Virus record (IMG/VR): IMGVR_UViG_3300022177_000061
Span: 1-42,174 of that record
Source of the DNA: a virus
Taxonomy: Duplodnaviria > Caudoviricetes
Direction: 5' to 3' (one strand)
Length of the DNA stretch: 42,174 bases
Position 1 is the stretch's first letter. Every line of letters begins with the position of its first letter. Shown here piece after piece: positions 17,864 to 26,942 of this stretch. The position numbers were made by a program, and so were the translations under genes. The notes under the pieces were generated by a model that saw only the letters and a list, made by a program, of their open reading frames with translations, had not been told where the DNA came from and made no database searches.

Positions 17864-18043
17864 TTAAGCCTTTGCCGAAGCCTTTTTCCCTGGGTCGACA
17901 GCCCAGCCTTTCTTCTTCAGCAACTCAGCCTGGGTCGGGTGCACTTCGTATTCCTGTCCGGCAAACATGTGCTTTGCCTCTTCGGTAGCTACGATCTTCA
18001 CCTTATCGGTGAGCTTGATCGCTTTCTTTTCTTCTTTTGCCAT
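17864..18043 (-). CDS. Small basic protein after the capsid gene (59 aa, absent from the ORF track)
   Basis: Translated by hand: MAKEEKKAIKLTDKVKIVATEEAKHMFAGQEYEVHPTQAELLKKKGWAVDPGKKASAKA; AATCAAA-ATG start; resembles small post-capsid proteins. Confidence 0.75.
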   Translation of the reverse strand: MAKEEKKAIKLTDKVKIVATEEAKHMFAGQEYEVHPTQAELLKKKGWAVDPGKKASAKA

Positions 18044-18097
18044 TTTGATTATTGATTAATAATTACTTAAAAAAAGGGAAAGTCGTATTGCATAGGA

Positions 18098-19486
18098 TTA
18101 CGCAACAACCTCTTCGATTGCAGCCTTGATGGTCGCGAAATCTCCATATAGGAAGGCGCTCTTCTGGTGCTCCTTGATATAGGACATGAGTCTCTTTTCG
18201 CCCAGAACGGTAACAAGGTTCTTGGTGAAGTCATCATTCTCCCAACCGAGGGTAATTTCAAAGGCTACATAGTCCCGAATGTTGAGTTTAGTCCAGTCTC
18301 CAAGCAGGAATTTGCCAACAGCAACGGTGTTGGATTCAACCACCCTGATGCCGGAGATAATAGTCCCATCGGCAGTCGAGAACGGAGGCAGGATATAATG
18401 ACCATCAGATGCCTTGGTAAGCTCCATGTTGGCCTTATCAATCGGGTTTACAAAAACCACATTCGGGATCTGGTTCAGGGTAAAGAGCTGGGTGATTGCA
18501 GCCTTGATAGCATCAAAATTATTAGCCTCCTTGGTGAGAACCGTAGTCAGAACATAGGTGGTGGACTGCTGGATCACTCCAAGAAGATTGTCACCCAAGC
18601 CATCACCGTTCAGCAGATCACTTTCCTCCTTGATGTCAACGACCTCAAGAATCTCACTCTTGAGTTCAGCTACGAAGTTGGGAATGTCCTGCATGGTTTC
18701 GGTGGTGAACTTTGCACCTACAGCGATTTTCTTAGCCTTTGAATCCCGGGTCCTGACCTGGAAACTGATCATTGGTTTCAGGTCGCCTTCACCGATGAAT
18801 TCAGCATCACCCTGTTCATTGTATTTCTCCGCCCACACATGAAGGGGGCTGGTGGTGGTGGCTACCGAAGCAAAAGACCTGAGAAACCTTGCATTCCTGG
18901 GAGCCCTGTCCCATCCGGAGTCCATTGTCGGCATCGGGATATAAGAGCTTGCCGGATTGACAGCATTGGCTGTGGTAATCGGAATATTTGCAGCCTTCAG
19001 TTCAATCTTAAGCTTCTGCCCGGGAGCAGCCTTGATAGCATCCATCAGGCTCTTTTCCTTAATCTGATCCTTAATCTGCTCTTCGAATGATTTAAATACC
19101 GGCGGTTTGCTTCCGGCATCCTTAAGAGCAATGATCTCCAGGCCCTGTTTTTCGATGACATCATTAAGCTTTTTAAACTCCTCATCATCGGCCAGATTGA
19201 GTTTCATCTCTTTGATCTTTGCCGCGATAGTGTCGAGCATCTTTTGCTCAGTGATGTACTCCTTGTCGTACTTCTCCTTTGCCTTCTCGATGGTGTCGGC
19301 CAGTGCCTTGTACATGGCCTCTTCCTTGCCCTCCAGGGTCACCCCTCCAACAACGATTGCCATCGCAGTAGTGGCACCAAAGGCTTTCTCAGGATTTGTC
19401 GCAAAGGAAAGTCCGGCAATAATCCCGATAAGAATCACCGACAGGATCATCAGCTTTTTCAGCCTCTTTTCTTTTAACTTTTTCAT
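18098..19486 (-). CDS. Major capsid protein, HK97 fold, with delta domain and an N-terminal hydrophobic extension
   Basis: AEFIGEGDLKP, KKIAV, LLNGDG..NLLG, DGHYILP, GKFLLGDW, DDFTKNLVTVLGEKR motifs; follows the prohead protease. Confidence 0.92.
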   Translation of the reverse strand: MKKLKEKRLKKLMILSVILIGIIAGLSFATNPEKAFGATTAMAIVVGGVTLEGKEEAMYKALADTIEKAKEKYDKEYITEQKMLDTIAAKIKEMKLNLADDEEFKKLNDVIEKQGLEIIALKDAGSKPPVFKSFEEQIKDQIKEKSLMDAIKAAPGQKLKIELKAANIPITTANAVNPASSYIPMPTMDSGWDRAPRNARFLRSFASVATTTSPLHVWAEKYNEQGDAEFIGEGDLKPMISFQVRTRDSKAKKIAVGAKFTTETMQDIPNFVAELKSEILEVVDIKEESDLLNGDGLGDNLLGVIQQSTTYVLTTVLTKEANNFDAIKAAITQLFTLNQIPNVVFVNPIDKANMELTKASDGHYILPPFSTADGTIISGIRVVESNTVAVGKFLLGDWTKLNIRDYVAFEITLGWENDDFTKNLVTVLGEKRLMSYIKEHQKSAFLYGDFATIKAAIEEVVA

Positions 19487-19488
19487 TT

Positions 19489-20286
19489 TTAATTAACTGA
19501 TTGATTTGACAATAATTGAAATTCAAGTGCTTTCGCAACCTTTTCGTAATCAACTGGCACCGGCTTGCTTTCCTGCTTGAGTGCGGTCTGCGGCTCAACT
19601 TCAGCAAGTGATACGTGTTTCGCGATAAGTCTGCGGATTTCGTATTGAGTCTCAGGGTCAATGCCCTTGAGGATACGTTCAGTTTCACGAACCAGGGCAT
19701 TGCGCTCTGATTCGATTGTTTCTGCCTTCATCCCGGTGAATGGGGTGTTTTCATCGGCTCCCATGGTTACGACACTGCCTTCAAACAGGAGCAGTTCATA
19801 GCAGATAAAGGCATCCGTGACAGTCCCATCAGGAAGGGTCCATTCTCCCCACTGGCACTTATCCCATACGTAGCGGATACCGATGGAGTGTTGGTTGAGG
19901 GTCCCGGAATTGTACTGCTCAAGCACCCGATCTCCCTGGGGTATCTTGTCAATGTAAGCCTCGAAGTATAACCCGGCATCATCCTCCCTCAGAACTTTGA
20001 AGTGACCGATAGGATCCTTCATGTCATGCATGTAGAGGTAGGCGATCTTGCGGGCTGTTTTTGATTCCGGACCACGTTCCTGGATGGACTTGGCAAAGCA
20101 GCCTTTGATCAGAACATCTCCATCATCCTGCATGTTGCCGAATGAGGTCAGGTACCCGGACACAATCCGGGTGTCTGTGTCAGCAGATTTAATCTCAGCT
20201 GAACAGCTTTTGAAAATAACAGGCCTTGCAGCTAATGCAGCCTTGGCGGCCTTTTTTGCCTTAATGGCTAATTCCTTAGCATCCAT
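19489..20286 (-). CDS. HK97-family prohead protease
   Basis: VSGYLTSFGNMQDDGDVLIKGCF, LYMHD, GLYFEA, HSIG, LFEGSVVTMGAD motifs. Confidence 0.92.
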   Translation of the reverse strand: MDAKELAIKAKKAAKAALAARPVIFKSCSAEIKSADTDTRIVSGYLTSFGNMQDDGDVLIKGCFAKSIQERGPESKTARKIAYLYMHDMKDPIGHFKVLREDDAGLYFEAYIDKIPQGDRVLEQYNSGTLNQHSIGIRYVWDKCQWGEWTLPDGTVTDAFICYELLLFEGSVVTMGADENTPFTGMKAETIESERNALVRETERILKGIDPETQYEIRRLIAKHVSLAEVEPQTALKQESKPVPVDYEKVAKALEFQLLSNQSVN

Positions 20287-21723
20287 TTATGAATACATTA
20301 TTGCGTTTGCATCCTGTTCAGCAAGGCCAAACAGGACAATTAAAATTTGACGTTTACGATTATCCGGGATGTTCGTATCTGCAATGATCGCTTGCATTGC
20401 CTGTGTGCCTCCTACTCCTAACTTGACCGCCAGCGGCATAGACTGAATATCACTTAAGAATCTGTCTCCCTCAGTCCCCCGTGTATCGAAATCGAGGTTA
20501 ACCAGGAATTCATTCAGTGTTATGATATTCCTCTCAAGAAGGGGTAGGTTTGCATTGACTCTTGATAATAAAGCATCAGCCTTTTCCTTTTCTGATTGCT
20601 GAAATACATCCAGATGATCATAGTAAACCGAGAGCCTTAACCCTTGCTTGTCAAGCTCAAAAAAGTTAGTGAAGGTCTCGGCCCAGCCATCGGCCTCCGG
20701 GATGATCGTATCCTGGTAGAGTGACTTCTTTGCCTCCCCAACATTGGAATACGTGGATCCTTCTTTGAACCCCAGCAAATACATCGGGTAATCGTAGTTG
20801 TCGGCTATCTGCCTGACATCATCCTGAATCTCTTCGAATAACATCAGGTCCTTAGTCGGGAAAGTCATCGGCTGCCATTTCAGATTCGCATTGGTGATGA
20901 TCACCTGATACTGGTCCTTGCCAAGGCCGTACTTTCTGTAATCTTCCTGAACCTCTTTCTTTTCTTCGCCCTGCAGGGGGACTGCTCCTGCAGCATCCCG
21001 GGTCTGATTTGACAGGATGCCGAGAGCTCCCTTCCTGGTGATGAGCACGTTCCGGGCTTCGTAGGCAGCAACAATGTTGGAGATGGGATCCTGGAGCGAT
21101 GCCAGCCGGCTCTGCCCCCGGGTAACATCTGTGGAATTCTGGTTGATGTCCCTGATATGAATTACACTGCCATCAGGCATAGGAGTGATTGATCCGTTCA
21201 GACTGATGTCATATCCTTCAATGATATCGGCCAGTTCTGTCTGAAAATAGTGCTTGCCGGTAAGCCTTACGTTGATGATCCAATTCGGGACCACCCACAG
21301 GGCTTTGACTTTTGATTTGTCAGTGAACCCGGCCGGGATGATGGCAAAGAAGAAGACCTCTCCGAACACCTGCTCATAAACTTTGGCCTGTGATAATAGC
21401 TGATTCCAGGACTGCAGGGGATTGGGTTTCTTAAGAAGCTTCTGTAATCCAGTCACATTTGCCCCGGTAGCTTCGTTGTTCTCCTTGTCGAGGATCCACC
21501 ACTTACCGTTTGTGAATGCCCGAGCCTTGCGGTTGATGATCCCGTTTACAGGTGGGCAGATATTATAAGCGGCACTTTGGCCCAGGATGGTTGCTGTTTC
21601 TTTAACAGTTTTCGGGAAACCAAAAGCGTAAAAGAACTTACCGTTTTCGTCTTTAACGACAGATCTGGCCGGGGAATTGAAACCAAATAATGACTTAAGA
21701 GAGAAGGAGGCCATGGCGAGCAT
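20287..21723 (-). CDS. Portal protein
   Basis: LLKKPNPLQSW, VIHIRD, GQSRL, STYSNVGEA, ITLNE motifs; between terminase and protease; start could be 21714. Confidence 0.9.
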   Translation of the reverse strand: MLAMASFSLKSLFGFNSPARSVVKDENGKFFYAFGFPKTVKETATILGQSAAYNICPPVNGIINRKARAFTNGKWWILDKENNEATGANVTGLQKLLKKPNPLQSWNQLLSQAKVYEQVFGEVFFFAIIPAGFTDKSKVKALWVVPNWIINVRLTGKHYFQTELADIIEGYDISLNGSITPMPDGSVIHIRDINQNSTDVTRGQSRLASLQDPISNIVAAYEARNVLITRKGALGILSNQTRDAAGAVPLQGEEKKEVQEDYRKYGLGKDQYQVIITNANLKWQPMTFPTKDLMLFEEIQDDVRQIADNYDYPMYLLGFKEGSTYSNVGEAKKSLYQDTIIPEADGWAETFTNFFELDKQGLRLSVYYDHLDVFQQSEKEKADALLSRVNANLPLLERNIITLNEFLVNLDFDTRGTEGDRFLSDIQSMPLAVKLGVGGTQAMQAIIADTNIPDNRKRQILIVLFGLAEQDANAIMYS

Positions 21724-21735
21724 TTAAGAGCTCAC

Positions 21736-21743
21736 CAAATATA
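21736..21743 (-). promoter_or_regulatory. -7 promoter element (TATATTTG) upstream of portal
   Basis: Exact TAnnTTTG in an 82-nt AT-rich gap; no TTG at the 20-nt spacing. Confidence 0.5.
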
Positions 21744-21805
21744 TATACTAAAAAATGGGGATATTTTGAAAGTTATTGAAATAAAAGGGTGAGTTATCGG
21801 CGACG

Positions 21806-22957
21806 CTATGTTGAATTACTCACCGCAGCATAGCGAATAGCATCCCACATGTGGTTGTATTTGTCGACCGGCTCATTTAGCTGAATGCCATCGATCATGC
21901 GCCACTTATAGTTTTCGGCCTCTTTTTTGGCTGCTGGATCCCGGACCAGGTGGATGTTAAAGTTCTTAACCTTCCCGATTCCGAACTTTATCTTCTTTGT
22001 CTTAGCCGGGAATATCTTGATCCCTCCCCTTCTGATGTGTGCTATCCTGGTCAGGTTCTCACTGTCCGCCCAGTACTCCCCTTTTGCATCAATCTTCCTG
22101 ATCACCTCAAGACATTCATCATCTGATTCGATCGGGGTGTAAGTAAGCAACTTTGCATAAAGGTTCCGGCCAGAGATCCTGATCCGGACGATGGCCGTCG
22201 GGTCAATCGTATAACCCCAGTCAGCTCCATAGAATTCAGCCTCGTAATCTTCCGGCAGTTCATCAATCCACTTCACTTTTGGATAGATTAACCCTTCAGG
22301 AGATGCTCTCAGGCCAAGGCCATAAACCTGCCACATGTAATCATCCGCTGTCCCGTTTGCAACATTGTCAGGGTTCCCTGGATCATAAGTCCGAATCTTA
22401 TCCTTTTCGGCTACTGAAACGAATGGGTTGTCTAGTAATGTAGATTTAACAAAAACTACATCTGGTCTTTTCTCTAAGTCAAAAATCCAGTGATCGCTTG
22501 CGGATGGGTTGTAATCCATCCACCAAAATTTTCGGCAACGTTGTTCCAACTGGTCAAAGAACCCCCGCTCAATACCATTCAGGGCCTCATTGATAAAAAA
22601 GAAATCAGACCCCATCCCATGAAACTTTGAAACTTTATCAGCCCCTAAAAAGTTTACTTTACTTCCAAGTAGATTGAACGTGGTAACATCTTTGTTTTTG
22701 AATGGTGATTTCAGATTGATCTGGTTCAACCGTTTGTCGTAGTCATCAAAGAGGGTTGTTTTGAAACTGTTGTATGTTTCGCGGACGTTATTGATTATTA
22801 TTCTTTCGCTGGAATTGGATGTCAGGTATAGCTGGAAGTCAACCCCGGACCATGTTTTCCCAGAGCGACTACCGCCCTCCAACACCACACCTCTGTATCC
22901 TGATTTGTAAGCATTGACAAGAGCCCTGAAATTTTTATTGATCAGTTTCTTGCTCAT
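21806..22957 (-). CDS. terL: Terminase large subunit (PBSX-like)
   Basis: GGSRSGKT Walker A, FFINEA Walker B, DYNP, GADWG..DPTA and NHMWDAIRYA nuclease motifs. Confidence 0.93.
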   Translation of the reverse strand: MSKKLINKNFRALVNAYKSGYRGVVLEGGSRSGKTWSGVDFQLYLTSNSSERIIINNVRETYNSFKTTLFDDYDKRLNQINLKSPFKNKDVTTFNLLGSKVNFLGADKVSKFHGMGSDFFFINEALNGIERGFFDQLEQRCRKFWWMDYNPSASDHWIFDLEKRPDVVFVKSTLLDNPFVSVAEKDKIRTYDPGNPDNVANGTADDYMWQVYGLGLRASPEGLIYPKVKWIDELPEDYEAEFYGADWGYTIDPTAIVRIRISGRNLYAKLLTYTPIESDDECLEVIRKIDAKGEYWADSENLTRIAHIRRGGIKIFPAKTKKIKFGIGKVKNFNIHLVRDPAAKKEAENYKWRMIDGIQLNEPVDKYNHMWDAIRYAAVSNST

Positions 22958-23354
22958 TCAGCTCCTCCTCAGTGGGGAATAATGCAGCTATCCTTTGTTT
23001 GTCATTAACAGTAACCTCGGTCTTTTCGACATACAGGCCTTCGAGCTTCGCAATGTCCTGAAGTATGGCCAGTGCAACCCCTGCCGGTTTACATGCTTTT
23101 TTGTCCTGAAGATCGCGGAATAACTTAAGCCTGGAATGAATGTGAAATTGCTTACGAGCCTCGATATCTTTTTCTTCCAGTTCCCGAAATCCCTCATAAG
23201 CCTTGCGGATGTATTTATAAGCCTGCCTTACATTGATATCCCATTGCGCAGTACATTGGCGGACGATATCTGCGGAGCTGTGTCCTTGCATCATCCATTC
23301 CTGGACTGCCCGGGTTCGTTTGTCAGTTTCAAGCTTGGTGGACTTTTTTCTCAT
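22935..23354 (-). CDS. Putative terminase small subunit
   Basis: N-terminal HTH-like region, helical core, directly upstream of and overlapping terL. Confidence 0.6.
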   Translation of the reverse strand: MRKKSTKLETDKRTRAVQEWMMQGHSSADIVRQCTAQWDINVRQAYKYIRKAYEGFRELEEKDIEARKQFHIHSRLKLFRDLQDKKACKPAGVALAILQDIAKLEGLYVEKTEVTVNDKQRIAALFPTEEELNEQETDQ

Positions 23355-23355
23355 C

Positions 23356-24717
23356 TCACATAAAATCTTCCATTTTCAGGCTGCCATTCAGATGTTGAAT
23401 CTCAGGCTTAATGTTGTTTTTCTGGCAGTGTTTTATGTACCTTACAATAGTGGTTTGAACGTGCTTTGGCTCAATCTCAGTACCGATGCATTTGCGTTTG
23501 GTCTTTTCACAGGCGATCAAGGTAGATCCGGATCCAAGGAAAAAGTCCGCAACGACATCACCCTGGTTTGTGGTGTCCAGGATTGCATCTGCAAGCATTA
23601 CGACAGGCTTGGGAGTTGGATGGTTTTTGAGCTGGTCCCTGTCGGGATTTTTTAAGGAGTGCCCGGATGGGTAGTCCCATACGTTTGTCCTTACCCTGTC
23701 TATCAGGTCAATATGGGAAAGATGTTTTTCGTCACCGTTCTTGAAAATGAAGCACAGTTCATGTTTTGCTCTGTAAAATGACCCATTGGCCATAATGTCC
23801 TTATTCCATACGCACAGTTGTTTCGGGATTGGTGATCCATAAACGGCCTGAGCAGCTTCTGTCATGTGCCAGACGTGTCTCCAGTCCATAAAAATAAAAT
23901 GAATGGATCCGGGCAATGAATAACTGCAACCGGTTTGCATAATGCCTTTCAGGAAGTTGGCAAATTCAATGTCTGTCATTTCTCCGGCTCCCATTGCAAA
24001 ATCAGTGTGTTGGACTTGTCCCTTATTACCGATCTCATCAGCGGCAAGATTGTAAGGTGGATCCGTCAGGATGATTCTTGCCGGGGCATGCTCAAAGAAT
24101 GGTTTAACCAACTCACTGTGCCGGAAGTCCGAACAAACCACAATATGATCCCCAAGCTTAAACTGATCTCCCTTTATCACGATGATCTGTTCTTCGTTTA
24201 CCTCCGGGATCTCCTCTTCTTCATCATCAGGTTCGTTTAAGTCGAACATGTCAAACTTTTGCTCAAACCTGTCGATTGAGAATTCCGGCAGATCCATCTG
24301 CTCCCTGAGCTCTGAGAAGTCCAGTTCATACTCCTTCATGAAGTCAAACAACCCCTGCTGGCTCACCCGGGCATAAATGGATGAATAGATCGTTACCAGC
24401 TTTGCTGCCTCTTTCTTATTCTCGCAGTGGATGAATGTGGCCGGCAAAAGGTATGGAACATAATATCCTTCCTTAAGGAGCTGCTCAAGCATTAGGGTTC
24501 GATGTTTGCCATCAAGGCAGAAAATAGTTCCATTTTCCGGATCCTCCCACACGTAAAAAGGCTGGGTGAAATTGTTTGCCAGGATGGAAGCTTTGAGCCG
24601 GTGTGCAGCGTCGGGTTCCAAGTCTTTAAAGCCTTCCTGCTGGATAAACTTAAAATCCTGCCAGTTGACATTTTCTGTTTTGAGTACTCTGGAAGAGAGG
24701 GTTGCAGTGGTATCCAT
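23356..24717 (-). CDS. ParB-like domain fused to an N6-adenine/N4-cytosine DNA methyltransferase (beta class)
   Basis: LDGKHR ParB motif; TDPPYN, HPTPKP, DFFLGSGSTL, GTEIEP. Confidence 0.9.
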   Translation of the reverse strand: MDTTATLSSRVLKTENVNWQDFKFIQQEGFKDLEPDAAHRLKASILANNFTQPFYVWEDPENGTIFCLDGKHRTLMLEQLLKEGYYVPYLLPATFIHCENKKEAAKLVTIYSSIYARVSQQGLFDFMKEYELDFSELREQMDLPEFSIDRFEQKFDMFDLNEPDDEEEEIPEVNEEQIIVIKGDQFKLGDHIVVCSDFRHSELVKPFFEHAPARIILTDPPYNLAADEIGNKGQVQHTDFAMGAGEMTDIEFANFLKGIMQTGCSYSLPGSIHFIFMDWRHVWHMTEAAQAVYGSPIPKQLCVWNKDIMANGSFYRAKHELCFIFKNGDEKHLSHIDLIDRVRTNVWDYPSGHSLKNPDRDQLKNHPTPKPVVMLADAILDTTNQGDVVADFFLGSGSTLIACEKTKRKCIGTEIEPKHVQTTIVRYIKHCQKNNIKPEIQHLNGSLKMEDFM

Positions 24718-24723
24718 CGGTGT

Positions 24724-24751
24724 ACTATTTTGAACTATTTTGACAAAGTTA
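24724..24751 (-). promoter_or_regulatory. -7 element TAACTTTG (24744-24751) followed by a tandem 10-bp repeat
   Basis: Plus strand ACTATTTTGA x2 (24724-24743) adjacent to CAAAGTTA, upstream of the MTase-terminase block. Confidence 0.45.
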
Positions 24752-24837
24752 TATCCTGGCGGGGTGTTTGGTAGTCAGGTTCGATAACTTTAGGAGTTAT
24801 TGTTCATGCCGTTATTAATCCATAAAAACCTGATTCC

Positions 24838-25077
24838 TTAATCAGACCAGTGTCCGAGAAGTTCCGTTAACATTCTCGCTTGGTTGAATGAAATTGGCAT
24901 ACAATTCAACTCTTCAATTGTGACATCATGAGTTAACAACTCTTTGCCTTCATAGGTAAACTCAATCTCCATACAACCAAGTTTGTAGCGGTTAGTATGA
25001 AATTGATCATGGCTGTATTGTTTAACAAGTTTCCAACCAAGCTCTTTAATTTGTTCTTCAGTCATTTTTGTTTCCAT
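24838..25077 (-). CDS. Hypothetical protein
   Basis: Probable start METKMTEEQ at 25077 with A-rich leader. Confidence 0.6.
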   Translation of the reverse strand: METKMTEEQIKELGWKLVKQYSHDQFHTNRYKLGCMEIEFTYEGKELLTHDVTIEELNCMPISFNQARMLTELLGHWSD

Positions 25078-25088
25078 TATTTGTGTGT

Positions 25089-25292
25089 TTATTTGACTTT
25101 TTTTGGAAAATGAAGTGTGCATGTGAATGACCATTTTCCCCAGAGGAGTGCGAAAGAACATTCTATGTGGTACATCCAGTTTTGTCCACCAATGGTGATG
25201 GCCGGCAGGATGATAAAGAACAGTTGATTCTCCCCCATGACCTCATTGAATGTTGTAGTCACCTTCACTCTTGATTTTTTGCGCTGGTTCAT
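25089..25292 (-). CDS. Hypothetical protein
   Basis: Tightly packed co-directional 67-aa ORF. Confidence 0.5.
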   Translation of the reverse strand: MNQRKKSRVKVTTTFNEVMGENQLFFIILPAITIGGQNWMYHIECSFALLWGKWSFTCTLHFPKKVK

Positions 25293-25296
25293 CTGG

Positions 25297-25488
25297 TCAC
25301 ATGTTTTTGAACATGAATATTAACAGGTAGTACACTACGATTACGCAGATTATGATAACCGCCAGTTTAGCGATTGCCCAGAGTGGCCCGTATTGCTTAT
25401 AAAAATCAATGACCGGGATGACAATCACGTCTGCAACGATATAGGCTACAAGAGCCAGGAACAAGATGTTGGCAAGAACCTTTTTCAT
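25297..25488 (-). CDS. Small two-TM membrane protein
   Basis: Start MKKVLAN at 25488 (ATGA overlap); two hydrophobic helices. Confidence 0.6.
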   Translation of the reverse strand: MKKVLANILFLALVAYIVADVIVIPVIDFYKQYGPLWAIAKLAVIIICVIVVYYLLIFMFKNM

Positions 25489-25721
25489 GGTTTTTCGGAG
25501 TTGGATAGCGAATAAGATTTCAGCGTCATGCCGCACTTACACTTTACGCCTACTTTCAGTTCAATCAATCTGTCACATACAGGACAGTTCATATATTTGC
25601 GTTTTTCGTTTTCCGTCAGGATTTCTTCAAGCACGTTCCTTATCTGTACCCAGGTAAATACATCGTTCATGTATTTTACTTTCAACCTCCGCTGCACTTC
25701 GTTGATAAGTTTTGCTTTCAT
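25485..25721 (-). CDS. Small Zn-ribbon protein
   Basis: CPVC...CKC; ATGA-coupled on both sides. Confidence 0.55.
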   Translation of the reverse strand: MKAKLINEVQRRLKVKYMNDVFTWVQIRNVLEEILTENEKRKYMNCPVCDRLIELKVGVKCKCGMTLKSYSLSNSEKP

Positions 25722-26026
25722 GGTTTGGCATTTTGTAGCCGGTCGATCTCTGCTGCGATCAAGGCTCCGGCCTTTTGCAGTTCGCGGATACGGTTTTCAG
25801 GTGAGGGTTTCCACCATTTTGCAAGCCAATATTCTGGCCACATAGGAGCAGGGGGAGTTTTATATCCACCCCTTATCTCACCTTTCATAAAAGGAGCAAA
25901 AGCATAGGCTGCTGCTGCTGCCGCCAATTCTCCCTCATCCTGTTCCTGGTCATGGGCTGAATCAAAACCCTCGACCTCAATTTGCCTTTGCCTTTCTTCG
26001 GCAATAAGTTCAATCCCTGTTTTCAT
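25718..26026 (-). CDS. Conserved phage protein of unknown function
   Basis: IAEERQRQIEVEG...HD...GELA.AAAAYA...WP...WWKP...RELQKAGALIAAEIDRL pattern widespread in phages. Confidence 0.75.
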   Translation of the reverse strand: MKTGIELIAEERQRQIEVEGFDSAHDQEQDEGELAAAAAAYAFAPFMKGEIRGGYKTPPAPMWPEYWLAKWWKPSPENRIRELQKAGALIAAEIDRLQNAKP

Positions 26027-26036
26027 AGTAATAATT

Positions 26037-26312
26037 TTAAGCCGTTTTACTTAAGTCAATTTCTCTGCAAGCAAAGCCCTTTGTCCATCTGGCACGTGGC
26101 ATTGAGTCGTTTTTTATAAGAAACTCAATTGTGGGATGCTTTTGACATGGTTCTCCTGATTTGTATTTTTTCATATCAACTATAAATCCATGGCCAAATC
26201 TGACATCAAGGATTTTATAAGTTGCTTCAGGAAGTGCTTTTTTTGAGAAAAGTGCACCGGAAAAATTGGATTCTGTTCCAATTTCATCAAGGTATTTTTG
26301 AGGTATTTTCAT
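26037..26312 (-). CDS. Hypothetical protein
   Basis: Probable start MKIPQ at 26312; AT-rich. Confidence 0.55.
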   Translation of the reverse strand: MKIPQKYLDEIGTESNFSGALFSKKALPEATYKILDVRFGHGFIVDMKKYKSGEPCQKHPTIEFLIKNDSMPRARWTKGFACREIDLSKTA

Positions 26313-26472
26313 TTTTCTCCGGCCTCCCTGCCGGTATTGGTTTATTTGTTTCACATTTGCCAACTCCCCAATTTGCGCCGTTATCCATTACATGTTTTTT
26401 CTGACAGTGATCAGACATGCAGGCATGATAGACGCAGGTCGGATCATTGATTTTGCACTTCTGCGGTTTCAT
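26287..26472 (-). CDS. Small Cys/His-rich hypothetical protein
   Basis: Probable start MKPQKC at 26472; fills the gap between neighbours. Confidence 0.4.
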   Translation of the reverse strand: MKPQKCKINDPTCVYHACMSDHCQKKHVMDNGANWGVGKCETNKPIPAGRPEKNENTSKIP

Positions 26473-26926
26473 CACTGCCGGTCTGGTTATTACTTGGATG
26501 AGGCTCCCCGCAGAACTCGCAAGGGAGATACCCTGACTCGGTGGCAGGAAAATAGTGGTCACAATAACCCTCCGGCATCACCTCATCAACACTTCCGGCA
26601 GGGATGATCATCACCCGGCCGTGAGACGTTTTTATCTTGATATTATCCGTCACTGGCCCAAACTCCCCCTCTTTTGCCTCAAGCAATTTGCCGTTTCCTG
26701 CCCTGGTGTGCACCATGCGGCCAACGAATTGCCTGAGGGTCTTTTCTGTGTGCTGGCAGAATTGCATTTCGCGCATGGTCAGCTCTATCTTTGCTTTAAC
26801 ATTGTGCCTAGCAAGGTCCTGGATGATGTTACGTTTGAATTGCTCCGGATCTTCTTCTGTTTTTATATCACAGTTCATAATTACCTCCGGATCCAGCTCT
26901 ATCCTGATTTTTGTAATGTGGTACAT
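26444..26926 (-). CDS. Hypothetical protein with C-terminal Zn finger
   Basis: CDH...CEFC; GGAGG upstream of ATG. Confidence 0.6.
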   Translation of the reverse strand: MYHITKIRIELDPEVIMNCDIKTEEDPEQFKRNIIQDLARHNVKAKIELTMREMQFCQHTEKTLRQFVGRMVHTRAGNGKLLEAKEGEFGPVTDNIKIKTSHGRVMIIPAGSVDEVMPEGYCDHYFPATESGYLPCEFCGEPHPSNNQTGSDETAEVQNQ

Positions 26927-26942
26927 TTTACCTCCTTTGCTG

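Noticed and set aside
17861-18055. 64-aa plus-strand ORF in the ORF track
   Set aside because: Antisense to a better 59-aa minus-strand gene (17864-18043) that fits the operon
18062-18097. Intrinsic terminator after the capsid gene
   Set aside because: A U7 tract is present on the minus strand but no convincing preceding hairpin; reported instead as a CAATACGAC motif site
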